Program-made: the position numbers and the translations under genes | Assembly: GCF_001194135.2 (NCBI RefSeq) | Contig: NC_068986.1 | Span: 44,687,319 to 44,751,318, forward strand | Reading direction: 5' to 3' | DNA length: 64,000 nucleotides | DNA from: Octopus bimaculoides | Taxonomy: Eukaryota | Notes under the pieces: generated by a model | Told to the model about the DNA's origin: nothing | The model's database searches: none | What the model saw: only the letters and a program-made list of their open reading frames with translations | In this document: piece after piece, positions 1-15,600 of the stretch | How positions within the stretch are numbered: position 1 is the stretch's first letter | Layout: the number at the start of each line of letters is the position of its first letter

Positions 1-610
1 TCATATAATCATAGTATTGTTCCTACAACTGTAACATTTAGCTACAATGTTCTTCCAATAACATCTTTACTTAACTATACTATTTTTTCTAGAACAAATA
101 TGCTTTTTTTCCATAGCACCGATTCAAAAATAATTGTGCCATATAACTATAGTGCTGATCTAATAACAACCATACCTTTTAACTATAGTACTGATTCAAA
201 AATGATGGCAATATTTAAACACAGTACTAATACAACAATTTCCTCTAATGATACACTTTTACTTGGAGCAAATATATCATATTACCATAGTATTGCTCCT
301 GTAACAATCACTCCATTTAACTTTAGTGTTTTTCCAATAGAAACCAGATTAATTAAACTTAGTATTATTCCTACAAGAGCCATGTTATTTAAACAAAGTA
401 CATCATTTCCTCTGTTAGATATTTCATTTGTTCAGAGCTTTTTCACTAAAAAACATGTGTTATATAATCATAGTATGTTTCCTGAAACAACTGTTTTATT
501 TAATCATAGTAAAATATCCATAACAGATTTGTCATTTAATCATAGTATCATTCCTATAACAACAATGTCCATCAATCACAGTATCCCACCTGTTTTCTTT
601 AATTATAATA
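1..610 (+). repeat. Degenerate coding repeat, 36 bp / 12 aa, (F/Y)NHS-x-x-P-x-T-T
   Basis: aat cat/cac agt (NHS) occurs at 466, 502, 538 and 574, exactly 36 bp apart. Another NHS is at 7-15, with NYS/HS variants in between. Confidence 0.6.
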
Positions 611-3600
611 TTATTTCTACTAGTCTGATGTTTAGCCAGTCTTTTGTTATGGGATCAATGAGTCCAATTGTCTTGGTGTCTAAACAATCAATGATACATG
701 TAGATAGCAAGAATATAACAACAGTAGCTTGGATCTCAGATGCAAAGGATTATACAATTCTCTCTAATAGAACTGAATGGAATAATTTGACAGGCATGGC
801 ACAAGTGAAAAGGAGAATGCCTGGTACTCTTGTTTCTCCAGTAAATATATCAACATATATGGTAAGAATATTGCCCAGTTATCTTGAGAGTTCACCAGTA
901 AGTATAATTTTGAGGAAGAATACATCATTTTATCTCAGTAACACAATAACTATTACGAAAGATGAACACAAGTTCACTCATTTCATTTTGAAATATACTA
1001 AAATGACCACAGACACCAGAATAGATGGGCTCTCAACCCAGTCCTTAACTTTCTTTGATGTTTCACATGGTTATATTTCCCCTTACAGCAGACCATTTTT
1101 TAAATCAACAGATGAAAGAAGTCAACATGCATACTCTATTTATACGGATGAAACTAACCCAGTTACAATTTCTCTAATTCAGTTTGCATCAGTTTTAATG
1201 AATACAACAAATGAACTTACTATACATGAAATAGAAACATATAAAACCTTTCCATTTGAGTATTTTCCAATGTTAATAACTCGGGTTAAAGCTATTGTTG
1301 ATGAGAGCAGAACTTCCAGATCTTTAATAGTTGTGGAAAGAACAGAATATCCAACCATGCATCCAACAGTGACATTCAGACATCATATTGAGAGAACAAA
1401 TATTGATAAAGTAGTGAGAATGAGAAAGTTTGTAGACACTTCTTTAATATCCCCAAAATTTACAACAGAGGGAAAGCTGACGTATGATTACAGTTATATT
1501 ACAGTAACATTGCCATTCACTGTTGAAACTGATGAATCAAAAGTTTTCTATTATAAGTATAAAATTGAACCCTGTACTAAAATACATCTGTTGCCAAAAT
1601 CAGATTTATTTATTTCACAAGAGAAGCAAAAACTGAATGCCACATCATCTGTAATTTTCTCTGAATATTTAATCTCTATAACCAATGATTCATTCATAGA
1701 ACACACTTCATTAACAAGACATGATAAAATGTCAACAGATACAATAGCATTGGTAAATAAACAAACTTTACAAGAGGGAACACAAAAATCTCTTACCAGC
1801 TTTGAACTGTTAGATTTTCAAAATTTGAGTTTTCCAAAAGAAATTTATTTACAAATTCCTGTAAAAACTTCCAGATTTACAGATTTCCATTTAATGCAAT
1901 ACACTGTGACACTACCTTTTTATGAAACTACTTCAAATATACCTAAGTTAATTTCCAGTGATGACATCAAGGATTTTACCAAAATTCCAGACATTAAGTT
2001 TTCAAAATATTTTATCTCTGAAATAAATGCTAGTCAACTGATCCAAACTTCATTCTACTCAATAAATGAAACAAAAAAATTATTTCCCCAAAGAACTTTA
2101 TCAAAATATCTTAGCAGCAAGGAAGTTTCACATGTTTATGCTCCTTTTCAATCAGAAGTTACAGTAAAAATGTATATGACAGATTTAGGATCATCTGAAG
2201 TTACAGAAAAAATGTATATTACAGATTTAGAATCATCTGAAGTTACAGAAAAAATTATAACCAAGCCTATATTTTTTTCACACTTTGTGTATACTATTTC
2301 AAATAAGACATATAAGATACAAAAGTCAGGTAATTTAGAGGAAGAAGAGTACACAATTGGTTTCAATGTTTCTCCTAAGTATATTTCTGGGTCACCCATT
2401 ACCAAAAGGTATAGTTTGACTTCAGCAGTCTTCACAAAACGAAAGGAATTTAAATTTGAAGATAGTAAAACCATACATGCAAAAACAATTTCTGTTTTAG
2501 ATTTAAAACAAGAAAATGTATCAAGAGCCAGTACAGTAGTGCAAGAAAAAAGCAAAGCATCAGAGGTTTGGACCAAGTGTTTAGAAAGTATTCCAATGAT
2601 CTTTTATCAAACAACATATACAATAAAGTCTTGCATTTTTAATCATACTGGTACTACTAAAATGAGTGAAATATTTGGAACTTCAACTGTAGAATCAGGC
2701 GATATGTATAAATTAATTGAAACAAAAATTATTCCAGAAACAAGTAAGGAAGCATCAACATATGTTACATTTACAAATTTATCCTATTCTATCTTAACAA
2801 ACTATCTTATTAAATCAAAGTCTTTTACATATGCAAATGCAACTAAAATTACATACAGTTATATAAATTATATTACAATGGAACCAATTTACAAATTGAG
2901 TGAAGAAAAAACAAATGTCTCATGGATAAACATTACAGATCTCCTTATTGAATCAAGAAGAACAATAAAACCAAACATTTCAGGTGAAATTTCTATGTCA
3001 CAAGAGTCAGAAATGGAACATGTCCAAACTCTTCCTTCAGTACTATCTTTAAAACAAATAAAGGAGATATATGTAATATCAACAATTGCTGTAGAAACTG
3101 AAGCATATCTAACAAAAAGTCTACAAATACCTGATTATTTTTTGACACATATTACTCAAACTAAAATAATGCATACAGAAACTGTGTTAGATATGAAAAC
3201 AAAATCTGTTACGTTGAAACCTCTTCTTACTGATAAAACACTCATAAAAGATATTTTCTTAGATTTTGGTCATAAAGACGATTCTCTTGGTTATTCAACA
3301 TTACTTTCTTTTTTCAGCACAGCCTTAACGTTAAATGTTGTAGGAATGAACACATCAATTGAAGAGAGTCCTTTGGACACTCTTGGTATTGGAAGCCTGG
3401 ATAATACCAGAGGCTCTAAGCCAGCTAGTTTTATAATGGAAACAGCAACCCAAATGGTAACAGACCTTGTGGCATACAATTCTACTTTTGTTAAACTGGA
3501 TTTGGGAAAATACACGGTATATGGAAAAAATGTATCACAGATAGCTATCCATTTGTTTAAGGATTATACAGTAAGCCCAGAAATAACAAAAGAAATCATT

Positions 3601-6600
3601 TTTAAAGAAACACCGAGTTGGAATGTTACAAGTCATGATGAAATTAAATACATTCATATTCCTAAATTTCAGTCACTAGCTTCATTGAACACTACAAATT
3701 TAATGGATACCACAACACTTTATAAAACCAAACAGAAAAATGAAACAATAACAGTAGGAAGTAGTCATGAATTAGTATTCCAACAAACATTAATAACATC
3801 AAATATATCAAAACTGCATTCTGTTTATACCAGTGAATCTTATGGAAAGAGAGAAATTCAGAAAACATTGCCAGGTTTTGAAATAATATTTGCAGAAAAT
3901 CAAAGCACAGTAGAAATAATGGAATGTAGAAATACTTCATCATTATATCAATCTGATATCTCAATGCTTTTAACAAAGGATTTTAATATTCAAATGACAA
4001 CAGTGGAACCTTATTTGATAAATACCACAGAAACATTTGAATGGCAACGAAGTACCCATTCCAAGATATTTGTTATCTCTACAAATTTGACAGGTGTACT
4101 AAATAAAACAATAAGCAGCATTACATTTGTTGAGGGAAAAATAGGTACTTCTGCACCTGAAATCAAAACATCCATATTAGGATTCATAACATCTGAAACT
4201 AGTAAACAAAGCTTCACATACTCTCGTACAGCAACTATTTATCCCAAACAAATTGATATTATTGATAATTATGTGACTAACATTAGCACAGAAACTATTT
4301 CTATAATATCAAGAAGTACCTTGAAGATTAAGGAAACATATTCTACTCCAGAGGAAATTAGTATTTTTCCAACAAACACGATATATTCAAGTGAGTTCAT
4401 ATGGGTTCAATTATCAGATACAATTTCAAAAGTTCCTGAAATCATTTCCAGTTTAGAAATTACAACTCCAGTGAAAGAATTTAGCATTTTGATGAGCAGT
4501 AATTTTACATATGTTTCAAGACAAAGGATGTCAAAATCAAAAACTTTTACAATCCCATTTTCTCCATTGAAAGAGGTTTCAAAGAGTCAATTTATTTTTC
4601 CTAAGAAATCTTCAATGAAAATAAAGCATACACCTTTTAAAACAACAGCATTTTCTTTAATGAAACCAAAAAATGTTTCAAAGACATTTGAAATTACCGT
4701 TGGTTCTACTGTTAAGGAAATATTTCAAGACACTACAGATAAATTTCATTTACCAAGTAAAGTTGTTGATAAATTTATTTCTATTCAAAAATATTTCACG
4801 CAATTAACAGAAACTACTACAACTGTTTCTTATATTTTCGATATAACTGAAAAACTATCAATTGGAGTACCACAAGATGCTTCATGGGAAATAAGAAGCG
4901 AGATGACATTTCCATTGCAAACATATAAAGAAATTTCAACAAAATATAGAGAAAAGATGCACATACAATCGATTAAAAGACATCTTCCATCAAAAATACT
5001 TATAACTTTTTCAACAAAGTTTGATTTGAGGTATTTAGACAGCTTAAAAACGTATCCCTATACAATATTCTTTTCTCTCAAACCCCAACTCACTACTGAG
5101 ACACAGTCATTAGAAAGTCAGCCCGGTCTCACCCAGAAGCAGAGAATAGCTACACTTTCACTATTCGGTGTTCTACACACACAAACCAAAAGAAGCAGTG
5201 AGCTGGACGAGCTAAAGAAAGTGTTTGCAATTTCATACAAACCAACTGCTGATATATATTTTTCTACATTGACAACAGATATTAAACTAACTACAGTTAT
5301 AACACACCAGACTTCTATCCTCAACATATATTTTTTATCAAAAGATTTTAAACTGACTACTATTAAGTATACATTCCAGAAATTGCTGTCGACAATTAGA
5401 CATATGACAGATAGCTACACCTCAGCAGCAATACCTATCATAATGACCAGCCCAACTACTAGCACACATTCATCAATAACATTTCCACCAGTAAGAGATA
5501 AATACACAAGTAGACAACCATTCCAAAGTATAGCTTCATCTTTAATGCAAACAGAATTATTGAGCGATGACTTTATGAAATTAAAAACACACAAAGACAT
5601 ATTGACCAAAGAGATAGCTATTACATCTATTGAAGACAGTAGTGGATTAACTAAACAAACAGTTTCGAGTTATTTAATTGATGTATCTTCATTAAGTAGG
5701 TTTCAGAGTTATGCCAGTGAACTGCTGGTTCATACAACAATTGAAACAATTCAAAAATCCTTTGCTAAAGAGGGTTTCACTAAGACACTTACATATGAAA
5801 CATTTTCAAAACCAATTCAAGGTCAATCTGTGGCAGATGGCATACTTATTTTGAGTCAAAGAGTTGATGTATTCCAATCTTTTGATGTAATAATCACTGC
5901 TGAATCAGGTTTAACTTCTATTCCTGAACCACTTCTAATGAATACAACTGCTAAAGAACTTCTATTGTCTTTATTTACAAACAGTTCTGCTCCTTCAGAA
6001 GAAATTTTTGTATCAGTTGACAGTATTGTTCAGTTTAATGAATCTAATCTAATCTATATCATAACAACTAGTAAACTACTTCCAGAAAGTTTTACTAGAT
6101 CATTGTCTTTTCAGCAATATATAAAAGGAACTACTATGATTCTAGAAATGGAGACTGAGAGAAAAATGAAATTTTCAAGAATGGAGATTTTAAGTGACTT
6201 TCTTCTAACTACACCCACCAAAATCAAGAAAATAACACCAAGAATAGTAATTACAGAAAAGCCTGAAACTGCTGTTTCTTTTTTAAATATATCAGATGAA
6301 AAGTATAACTTTACTCTATCTCTAAGTAGTATGTCTTTTGAAAGTCAAACAACATCAAGCTTTGAGGTTGAAAGAACTCAATACAGAAGCTTTGAATTAA
6401 GTTTTGTGACTGGGTCTGTTAAAACAGTGAATAGGAGTGAAATACTCTACAGTAAAAGAATGGCTGGAATAAAATACGCAACTCAAAAGGCATGGTCTGA
6501 TGTTTTAAATGTTTCAACAAAGGTTTCAAAACCAATCAGACCATCAATCTATGGGTTGAAATTCAAAAGTTTATCTACACCAGATGAAAAGGGCAAAGTA

Positions 6601-9600
6601 ATTATTACTCCAACTGATACATTTCAACTACAGTTACTTCATTCTATGACAGATTGGCATCAAACCCAAGAATTTAGTTCAATGTGGATGACGAAAAAGA
6701 AACAAGAATATCTAGAAATCTCAAGAGAAACAACTCATATGTCTGATGAAAAGAGTACTAAATATTCTATTGAAACATTCACATTTTTTACTGTAGCTGA
6801 TGAAACTGATAGCAATGTAATACAGATTACATCAGCTGTGACATCTATAACACAATATAGACCATTAAGTATGACAGTTAAAACAGAATTTTCATTATCT
6901 TCTGTGACCCCTAAAAAAGAAACTACACTTCCAACTATAACACTTCCTACATCTCCAACTATGATCCTCAGATCACAGTTTACAATGACAACTATGACTT
7001 CTGTAGCACAATCTACATCTCCAACCAAGTTTCTTTTCCTGCAGGCCAAAACACAATCAAATATGATTACAATTCTATCAACTCAGTATAAATCACAAAT
7101 AATGACCTATGAAACACAGTCTACATCATCAGTTATGAATTCTACAATAAAAATTGATCCACTGACTATAAGCTCTACAACACTGATTTCCTCAAGTGTA
7201 ACCAACAAAACATATATTACACCACCGTTTATGCTTGCTAAATCACTGTCACTACTACTAAATATGACTCACATAACATCGACTACATCACTAAATATCA
7301 CTTCTTTAATACAGTCAACATTAAGTATCATACCTAAAATTAAGACTCTCCCATTATCCACAGCATATATAATTCAAAGAATATCATCAACTAAAAGATT
7401 AACTATATCTTCAACGATGATTCCCCCCACAGAATTTATATCAGTAATTATAACACCTACAATACAGTCTAAATCTCCACCTATGAATCCTCATATAACA
7501 CAATCAATGTCACCAACTAAGCTTCCTATACTATGGACTAGACCACTAACTAAACAGTTGAAAACACCACAATCTAGTTTCTTTAAAGTACAATTAACAT
7601 CAACAGCCACTACTTTATTAAAGCAAGCTAGATCACAAATTGTGGCCCTTACAAGGCAATCTGCACAGTCTTCTCCAACAATTCCTCTTCTAATATCAAG
7701 AACCATATCATTAGCCATCAAGGAAACATCTGTTTATTTTTCACCTCAGACATTACAGCATTTGATAGAAAGTGATACTGGGGATCAAATATATGACATC
7801 AATGGTCAACAATTACTGACATTACAAGTGACAACTGGTTATTATGATATAGCAATAACCACAGGAATAATATTTCAAGTGTTTAATGAAACATTAAAAA
7901 CTATGTCATGGGGAAAGACATCCAACTGGGTTACCACAACTACTACTAGGGAAGTAATTGATGGCTATGACCCAATGGAAAGTATCATTAGCCTTGTGAT
8001 AACCAGTACCACTTACAAAACAAATGTAACAACAAACACAAGCACTGGTAGCTACTCATATTCTCCTTACAGTGTGCACAGATTTAATAAAACTGTTTCT
8101 AGTTATTTATTCAAAGAAATTTCCACAGACACTGCAAAGGTTACTAAAATACTTAAAATACATAATGATACAGAAACAATGCCTGGAGATTTTAATGAAT
8201 TTCAAATTAATATGTTTATGGCAACATTCACTGTTGGGGCCTTGTTTGATGGGCTAAAAATAAAAGAATTTACAGAATTATTTTCTAAGGAATCTTCTAC
8301 ATTCCTATCATTGCCTGAAGGTTTAATAAATACAACTACTCCTTTTATAGTATTTACATCTTTTGACAGAAGCACAATCAAAGACATGACTGCTGTTAGT
8401 TACCACAGAAAACAATTTTTCATTTCTGAGCATTTGGTAATGGTCACTGATGCAAAAGACTCGCTTATGATTGTAACACAGGTTCCAATATATGACTATT
8501 TTTTAAGCAGTTCTGTAGTCACTGATATTTCTTTGCTTTCACTAACAGAAACAACAAAAAGAATAAGAGATTACATTACAACAACACTGTCAATGACTCA
8601 AATTTCTTCAGAGGTTTACACAATAATCTATGAAGCTAAAGATATTTTGGTGGAAAAAGAGTTGGATAACATGACAAATATAATTGTAATGACTTTTTCA
8701 AACACAAGTACTAAAAGTAAATATCTAACACAACCAGTAATTCCATATGGAAAAGTTGATAACAGAACAAAGATAGTCATAGAATTAAAATCTTCAAATT
8801 ACTTAGAAGGTTCATTATCTTTTCCTTCTATGACTGTTCGTATCGTAGATAAAGACAGTGTATCAACTCCTACTGTGCAATGTACTGTGAGACATACAAG
8901 CACTGAGATACCATCAAGATTGACACATGTTCAAAAACTCTCAGAAATGCTCACTCTTAAAAGGGAAACTCCATTTACCACAGATTTAGATACTAAATCA
9001 TTAGCTGTACCAATAATAAAAATGACTGCATATTTTACAGTTTTTTCAAAGATTCCCACAGATAAACTGTCAGAAAAATATAAGTATACTACCAGAAATG
9101 AATCTAAAATACTGGCAAGTACTTCAACTGAAAAGTCCTCACAAAATACTACTGACTTCAGATATATTTTGTTTCAAGATTTGACTCATACAATTCAATA
9201 TGAAACAAGTGATGATCAAGGTTTTCAAGTAGAATTTGATGAAACTTCCACTAGAAAAAGATATATTTACATGAATAAAACAATTATAGAGGGATATAGT
9301 TATACTGGCTCTGCAGACTCTACCCATTTGATATCATCATATTCTATTGATATATTTCATCCTGTAACTTCTGCTCTCTTAAAGTATGGTACTATACTAT
9401 TTGATCTGTATACAACACAAACTATGGCTGAAACTACTACCAGTATTTTCCAGAGACATACTGTAAATGATTATTCATACACATCTACTAAACCATTTAA
9501 AATCAGTACAATAGATATAACAAGCCAAAAAATATTATACACATACTTTAAAGATTTATCAAAGAGCAGAGATATGTGCTTTTGGGACAGTAAAGATTCT

Positions 9601-12600
9601 AGCTGTGTTGAAGCCCAACTAACTGATCTAAAAACGACAAGTCAGCAAGAAGAGTACCCAAAAATAATTAAAGAAATACTTATATCAAAAAGTGACAGTT
9701 CATATAAAATGTTAACAGAGTCTTCCAGTGTTATTGTAACATTAGATTTCAAAATTATAAGGAAACAAACAAAGGAATTCATGAAATTGTTTAACACAGT
9801 GACTAATCCTATGATAGAGTTCAAAAGTTATTCAGATATACTCCTAACTCAATCAAGTAGAGGTGCAAGTTCAGACAGATATATTAAGCTTATAGAATAT
9901 GTTCATGACAAAACTATAGCAAAGGGATTTGTAACTGAACATGTGCTGAGTGACAGACAAACTGACAGTCAACAATCTTTTCTTTTTACTGATATTCAGT
10001 TTGTGGTTCCCAGTCAGTCGAGCATAGTACCAAGAGACAGCACATTTCTGAGTCAATCTATCAAAATATCAATAGAAACAGCGACTGCCATTTTACCGAT
10101 AAAAACTGCTAGTCTTAGTCTGCCTATGAAAGTAGTTACAGAAGCAGTAATATCAAGTCTGTTTACCAAAAGACCAATAAAAACAGTAATCTCCAGTCTA
10201 TCTATGGAAAAGCCAAAACATATATCTGTTAAATCTTGGAAAGCATTTATGGTGACTGAGACCCAAATATCAACAATGAATGTCACAGGAATTACTCAGA
10301 GAATAGGTATTTCCTCTGATAAAATATTATATGATGACTTTGGTATTTCATATTTTCCAAATATAACTGTTAGTGCTAGATATGCCAGAATGTCTGAGAG
10401 TCCTTTGTTTAGGACAAGTTTCCATCTGTGGTGGAAACGGGCAGAAAAAGTCACAAACTTTGAAAGAATGAAGATTAAGCTTGATTATGAATCAACTTTA
10501 AAAACTAAAATTGGAATGTTGAAGTCAACAGAAATACACACAGATATAGTTTTTGACAAAATACCTAAAATAATATTTAGATATAGCCTGACCACCCCAG
10601 ATATAATTGATGTTACCATACCAATGAAAAATCTTAGTTATTTTGAGATTTCAAATGCTACTACACATGCAATTGCCAGTATATCGCATAGACATCTGAA
10701 AGCAGAAATAAAAGATTATCAGTTAAAATCCTTTACTCTTGTTGATGTTGATTACCAAATGCAAAACACATCTCTATGTACTTTCCAAACGGATTTAGAT
10801 AAGAAAACAGTAACAGATATATTATCACCCTCCAGCCTACACCCCAAACCACTTACAAAAGATGTATTGTGGATGGCTGCAACTCCAGGCTTTAGAGATT
10901 ATATGGAAACTATAATTATAGAATTTGCTTCAAATGTTAGCCTGATTGTGACAACACCAAATGCTACTTTGTATAGGAGTTTAACGATTCACTCTAGTGG
11001 AAAAACTAAGGCTTTGGAAAGGGATATTACTATGCAGGCTGTTTATCTTGGATATAAACTGTCAGGAATAACTACTGTTAGCATCAAACAAACATTATTA
11101 AGTAGTGTCAAGACAATACACTTAAGTTATGATGATTCAGCAATTATGTCAAAAAGATTAATAGAATTAGCTACTAATACAATGACATATGAAATATCAA
11201 AATATGAACAAGGAATACAAACATTAAGTGTTACTAATTACTATAAAGTTCAAGGAGATAGTGTGAGTTTAATATTTGAGAAGGTGGAAATCACAACCTA
11301 TGAAAGTTTGACAACAGAAAAAATAAAAACTATTAGACAAGAAACTAGATTGACTTATTATGATAGTGCTCGTACAGGCATATTTAATGAATTGAAATTA
11401 TTATCAACAAGCAAAGAATTAAGTTCAGAAAGTAAAAAAGAAATGACTATGGAAAGCAAGCAGTTTATCAGGAAAACAGATGATGTTTTACTATATGGTT
11501 ATGTTACAAAATCTGTGAAAACAGAGTCTATCAGTAAAGACATGTTCCTTGATAAAAGATTTTATGAAATAATAAAAGTCTCTACAGTTTCACACTTACC
11601 AACTGATACCAAACAGATGGTAGTTGCAACAGATTATAAAATAAAGAATGAAACAAGTTTTGACTTGAAACTCATCAGTAAAATGGAAGATAAAGATATT
11701 GAAAAATATGTAAAAACTGATAGACGTTTGATACTGCACACTGGCATTATGACACAATCGTTATTTTTACTTCAATATACAAATCTAACATCTGAAAACA
11801 TATTTGATAGTATTATCACAAAAATATATCCAAGAATAACCACAGAGGCAAAAATTATAAAAGACCTAATAACTCCAAGTCAGTATTCTCATTCAATGAT
11901 ATCTGAAAACCTTACAGCAAAAGATGTAATATACAGATTATCTGAAACATCAAAAATAGATTTCAGTCATTTAGATATGAAATATTTTCATATTAACGAC
12001 TCTTCTCTATCCTTTATAATCCCTCACATGACAACAGCATTAAGCTTTGATAAAATATCAAATGTGATGTCTTCATTAGTAATACTAAAGTCAACAATAG
12101 GTACAAGTGTAACAGTGATACCATCTATAACAGAGCCAAAAGCAAGTAAAATGTTTGCTGCTGTATTCATTGATAGCATTACAGAAGATAAATTATTATC
12201 AACTATAGGAACATTAGTTAATTACACAGAGGAATTTATAAGTAAAAGCACAATAGTAACTGATGTTACAGAAACATTTCTAAAAGACGATATTAAGATG
12301 AGTATAAAATATCTGTTACCAGTAAGTACATCAACAAGTCCCTCACACACAGTTTATTTAAGCATTACAGAGTCAACAATAATTCCTGTACATCAGTCAA
12401 GAATTGATTCTACTGAATTCTTTCCAACATCAGGAACACTAGGATATATTTCTACCACCATCAATGTATTTCCAGTGTACCCAATATCTCCTGTTCTTCA
12501 TGTTAATGTAACAACAGCTAGTTTAAAGAGTGACATAATATTAACCTATGACAGTTTGCATACAGCTTCTAGTTTTATTACAGAGAAATATATTGCTCCA

Positions 12601-15600
12601 CTTACTCAGAGAACTGTGCAAACAGATATTACAAAAAAAGGGTCTATAATACAAGTTTTTCAGCGTAAAAAGACTAGTACCTCATTAAATGTAAGTTCTT
12701 TGATTGATATGATAACACATTTCTCTATAACCAAAAAACATCAAGAAACAATGAAAATCTCTAAGGTTCATATAGTAAGCTCATCATATCCAACCCAAAG
12801 AGCATCGAGTTACAAAATAATATCTTCTGTAGCTTCAGTTGCTGAAACTTCTAAAAGAGATGGTACAGCATTATTAGGAAAATTAGTCAAGGAGCTCAAA
12901 CTGGGGGATGTAACAATTGCTGAAGAATACATTCTATTTGGAATTCCTACTGCTCAATCAATTAAAACCTTTGTAGTTAGTAAAATGGAAAGTAAGGTTA
13001 TTAGTGATAATATTACTGAAGTGCAAGATGAAAGTACCACAATTATCTCAAGTGTCTCTGCAGAAATATCACATATTGGTGTTTTTACAAAACATTTTAA
13101 ACTTCAATATTTTTCAAAGCAAATTTTTCAAAATTTTTCCTCAGAAAATAGGACTTATAGTGTATTATTTGCTGGTTTATCAACTACTACACAACATCAA
13201 GATGCATTCAAAATAAATGACACTATGTTGAAAAAGTCAACAATCCAAGATGGTTTTCTACAAATTCAGATACAGACTTTATCAACATCATTTCCAATCC
13301 TTGCTCAATACTCAGAAACAACAAGCTCTGAAATGTTATTAAAAATATTTCCAGAACTATGGTCAACCAAAATTTATCAACCACTAAGCAGTGTTACTGT
13401 AAAAAGTATCCAATCAGCAGACACTATTATGTCAACAGAATTATTTCATGCAATTCAGGAAACTACAGACATAATACGTCATGACAATGTTTCCTATTTA
13501 GATGAATACAATATATCCCAGACCAAGCTTCTACTTCTTAAATCAATGGAAACTTTTAACACAACACTACCATTGATTTTAAAAAAGAAAACACTCAGTA
13601 TGACAACAGTTAAAATCATACCTTTCCAATATTATACAGATGAAATGAAAATAGTCGATATCACAACAATTCAAATGATATTATTTTCCTCATCTCCTGA
13701 TATTTCTACACTCAGAATATTATCTCACTATTATCCAGATAAAGGAAAAGTATTTAATATTACTATGATCCAAACGATACCGTCTAAATATCATCCTTAT
13801 GAAATGATATCTATTGAAAGTGACTATAGTAAACCTATTGTAGTGACTGCTATGAGAAGCATAAACATCTCAAAAAGGGAAATGGTTCAGGAAAGAGATA
13901 TGTTGCAAATCACTAAATTATCTGTTTTACCAATTTTTAGCAAAAGTTTTATAAGACTTACTTCAGTTAAACTTACAGCATCCATCACTACAGAACCACC
14001 AAAACCATTTGTTCTAGGTAGTGTCATAAGCTTGATAATAAATACTGTTATACCACTGACATTTTCAGATTCTGAAACTGAAATGATATATAATATAACT
14101 AGGATTCTAACACCTTTCAATAGAAGCATTTCAGATGAAACTACAGGTGAGGAGTTTATAGACGAGCCAAGTATTACAAAATTTCATCAAGAACCACTGA
14201 GTGTTGTCACCTTAGGTGATAAAAGAGTATCATTTCATTCAACAGCTGAAGAACTTTCAGAGACATCTACATGCATGTCTACTGCAAAGATATTTGCCAA
14301 TCTTTCTCAAGGATCTATTTTACAAACAAAGCAAATCACAAAATTCTTAGGCAAAAAACATGTGACATCAACTAGCATAACAAAGTTTAGAGGGGAAAGA
14401 CCTCGTTATAAAGTATATGACATACAAACAACACTTAGTGTAACAACTATGTCAGCAGCTACAGACTTATTAACAGGATCAGCAAGTTCACTGGATACTG
14501 TTGACATTCTAACTGACTATATAATGGGATCAGCTAAAAGTTTGATATCTCGATTAATATTAACTGAAGCTAGAAGTAGATCAATAGATATAACAAGTAA
14601 ATCATTTGCTATTGACATAATAAATGGATCAATGATTACTGATATAACAACTAGATCCTGGGTTATTGATATAAGAACTGGATTATTAGGTTCTGGAGAT
14701 GTAGCTGGATTAACTGATGCCTCAATCCCTAGAATAATGGTTGATAAGATAACTAGATCACAAACTATGGTTTTAACACCAGGTTTGGTGCTAACTAACC
14801 TAACTAAATTGCAAAATACTACTAACTTAATATCTGAACTGAAAACTACTGACGTATATGGTGCAATTTCTTCTATGATAACTGGATCGAAAGATATTGA
14901 CATGGTAATTAAATTGATAGGAACTGATTATATAACAGTACCACAAGGTACTGGATCGATGTCTCCTGATATAAGTAGCATAGAAACTACTAGGTTTATA
15001 CATGGATCACAATCTGACATAGCTGGTACAATTACAACTGATATGATAATTCCATCAATGGTTATTGATATACTAAACAGATCAGTTACTGATAGACACA
15101 GCATTACAACAATGAGTACATTTACAACAAATTTTACTTTAATTGGATTAGTTTCATCTGAACCAATTACACCTGAAGAGACAATATCTAAAGTTACTGA
15201 TGATATGATGATAGAACTGCTTACTATAGACACAGTATCTGTACCTCCTAGAAGACTTGTAACAGCTAAAGCTGTGACTCAGTTTATCACAGCAGGATCA
15301 GATGTCATTAGTACAATAACAATAAGATCTTTTATAACACAAGTTGCAGTATCAATCAGAAAAGATATGACTGAAAGTGTTGTTACTGATCATACATTGA
15401 TTGAGTCTGATATTAACATTACAGAAATTTATTCACTTGCTGTTGAAGGTGTAGTTACTGACTCAATACTTTCCAAAGAATTGAAAATAAAAGTAGGTTT
15501 ACTACCTGAATTCACTGCTACAAAAGATATTAGAACTCTGGTTCTCTATGATGACATAAGCACAAGATTAATTGCTAAAAGTGACACTAGGAGCATAAAA

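Noticed and set aside
100-102. ATG at 100 as the start codon
   Set aside because: The frame is open from base 1 with the same composition and repeat, and no signal peptide follows. It is just the first Met in the window.
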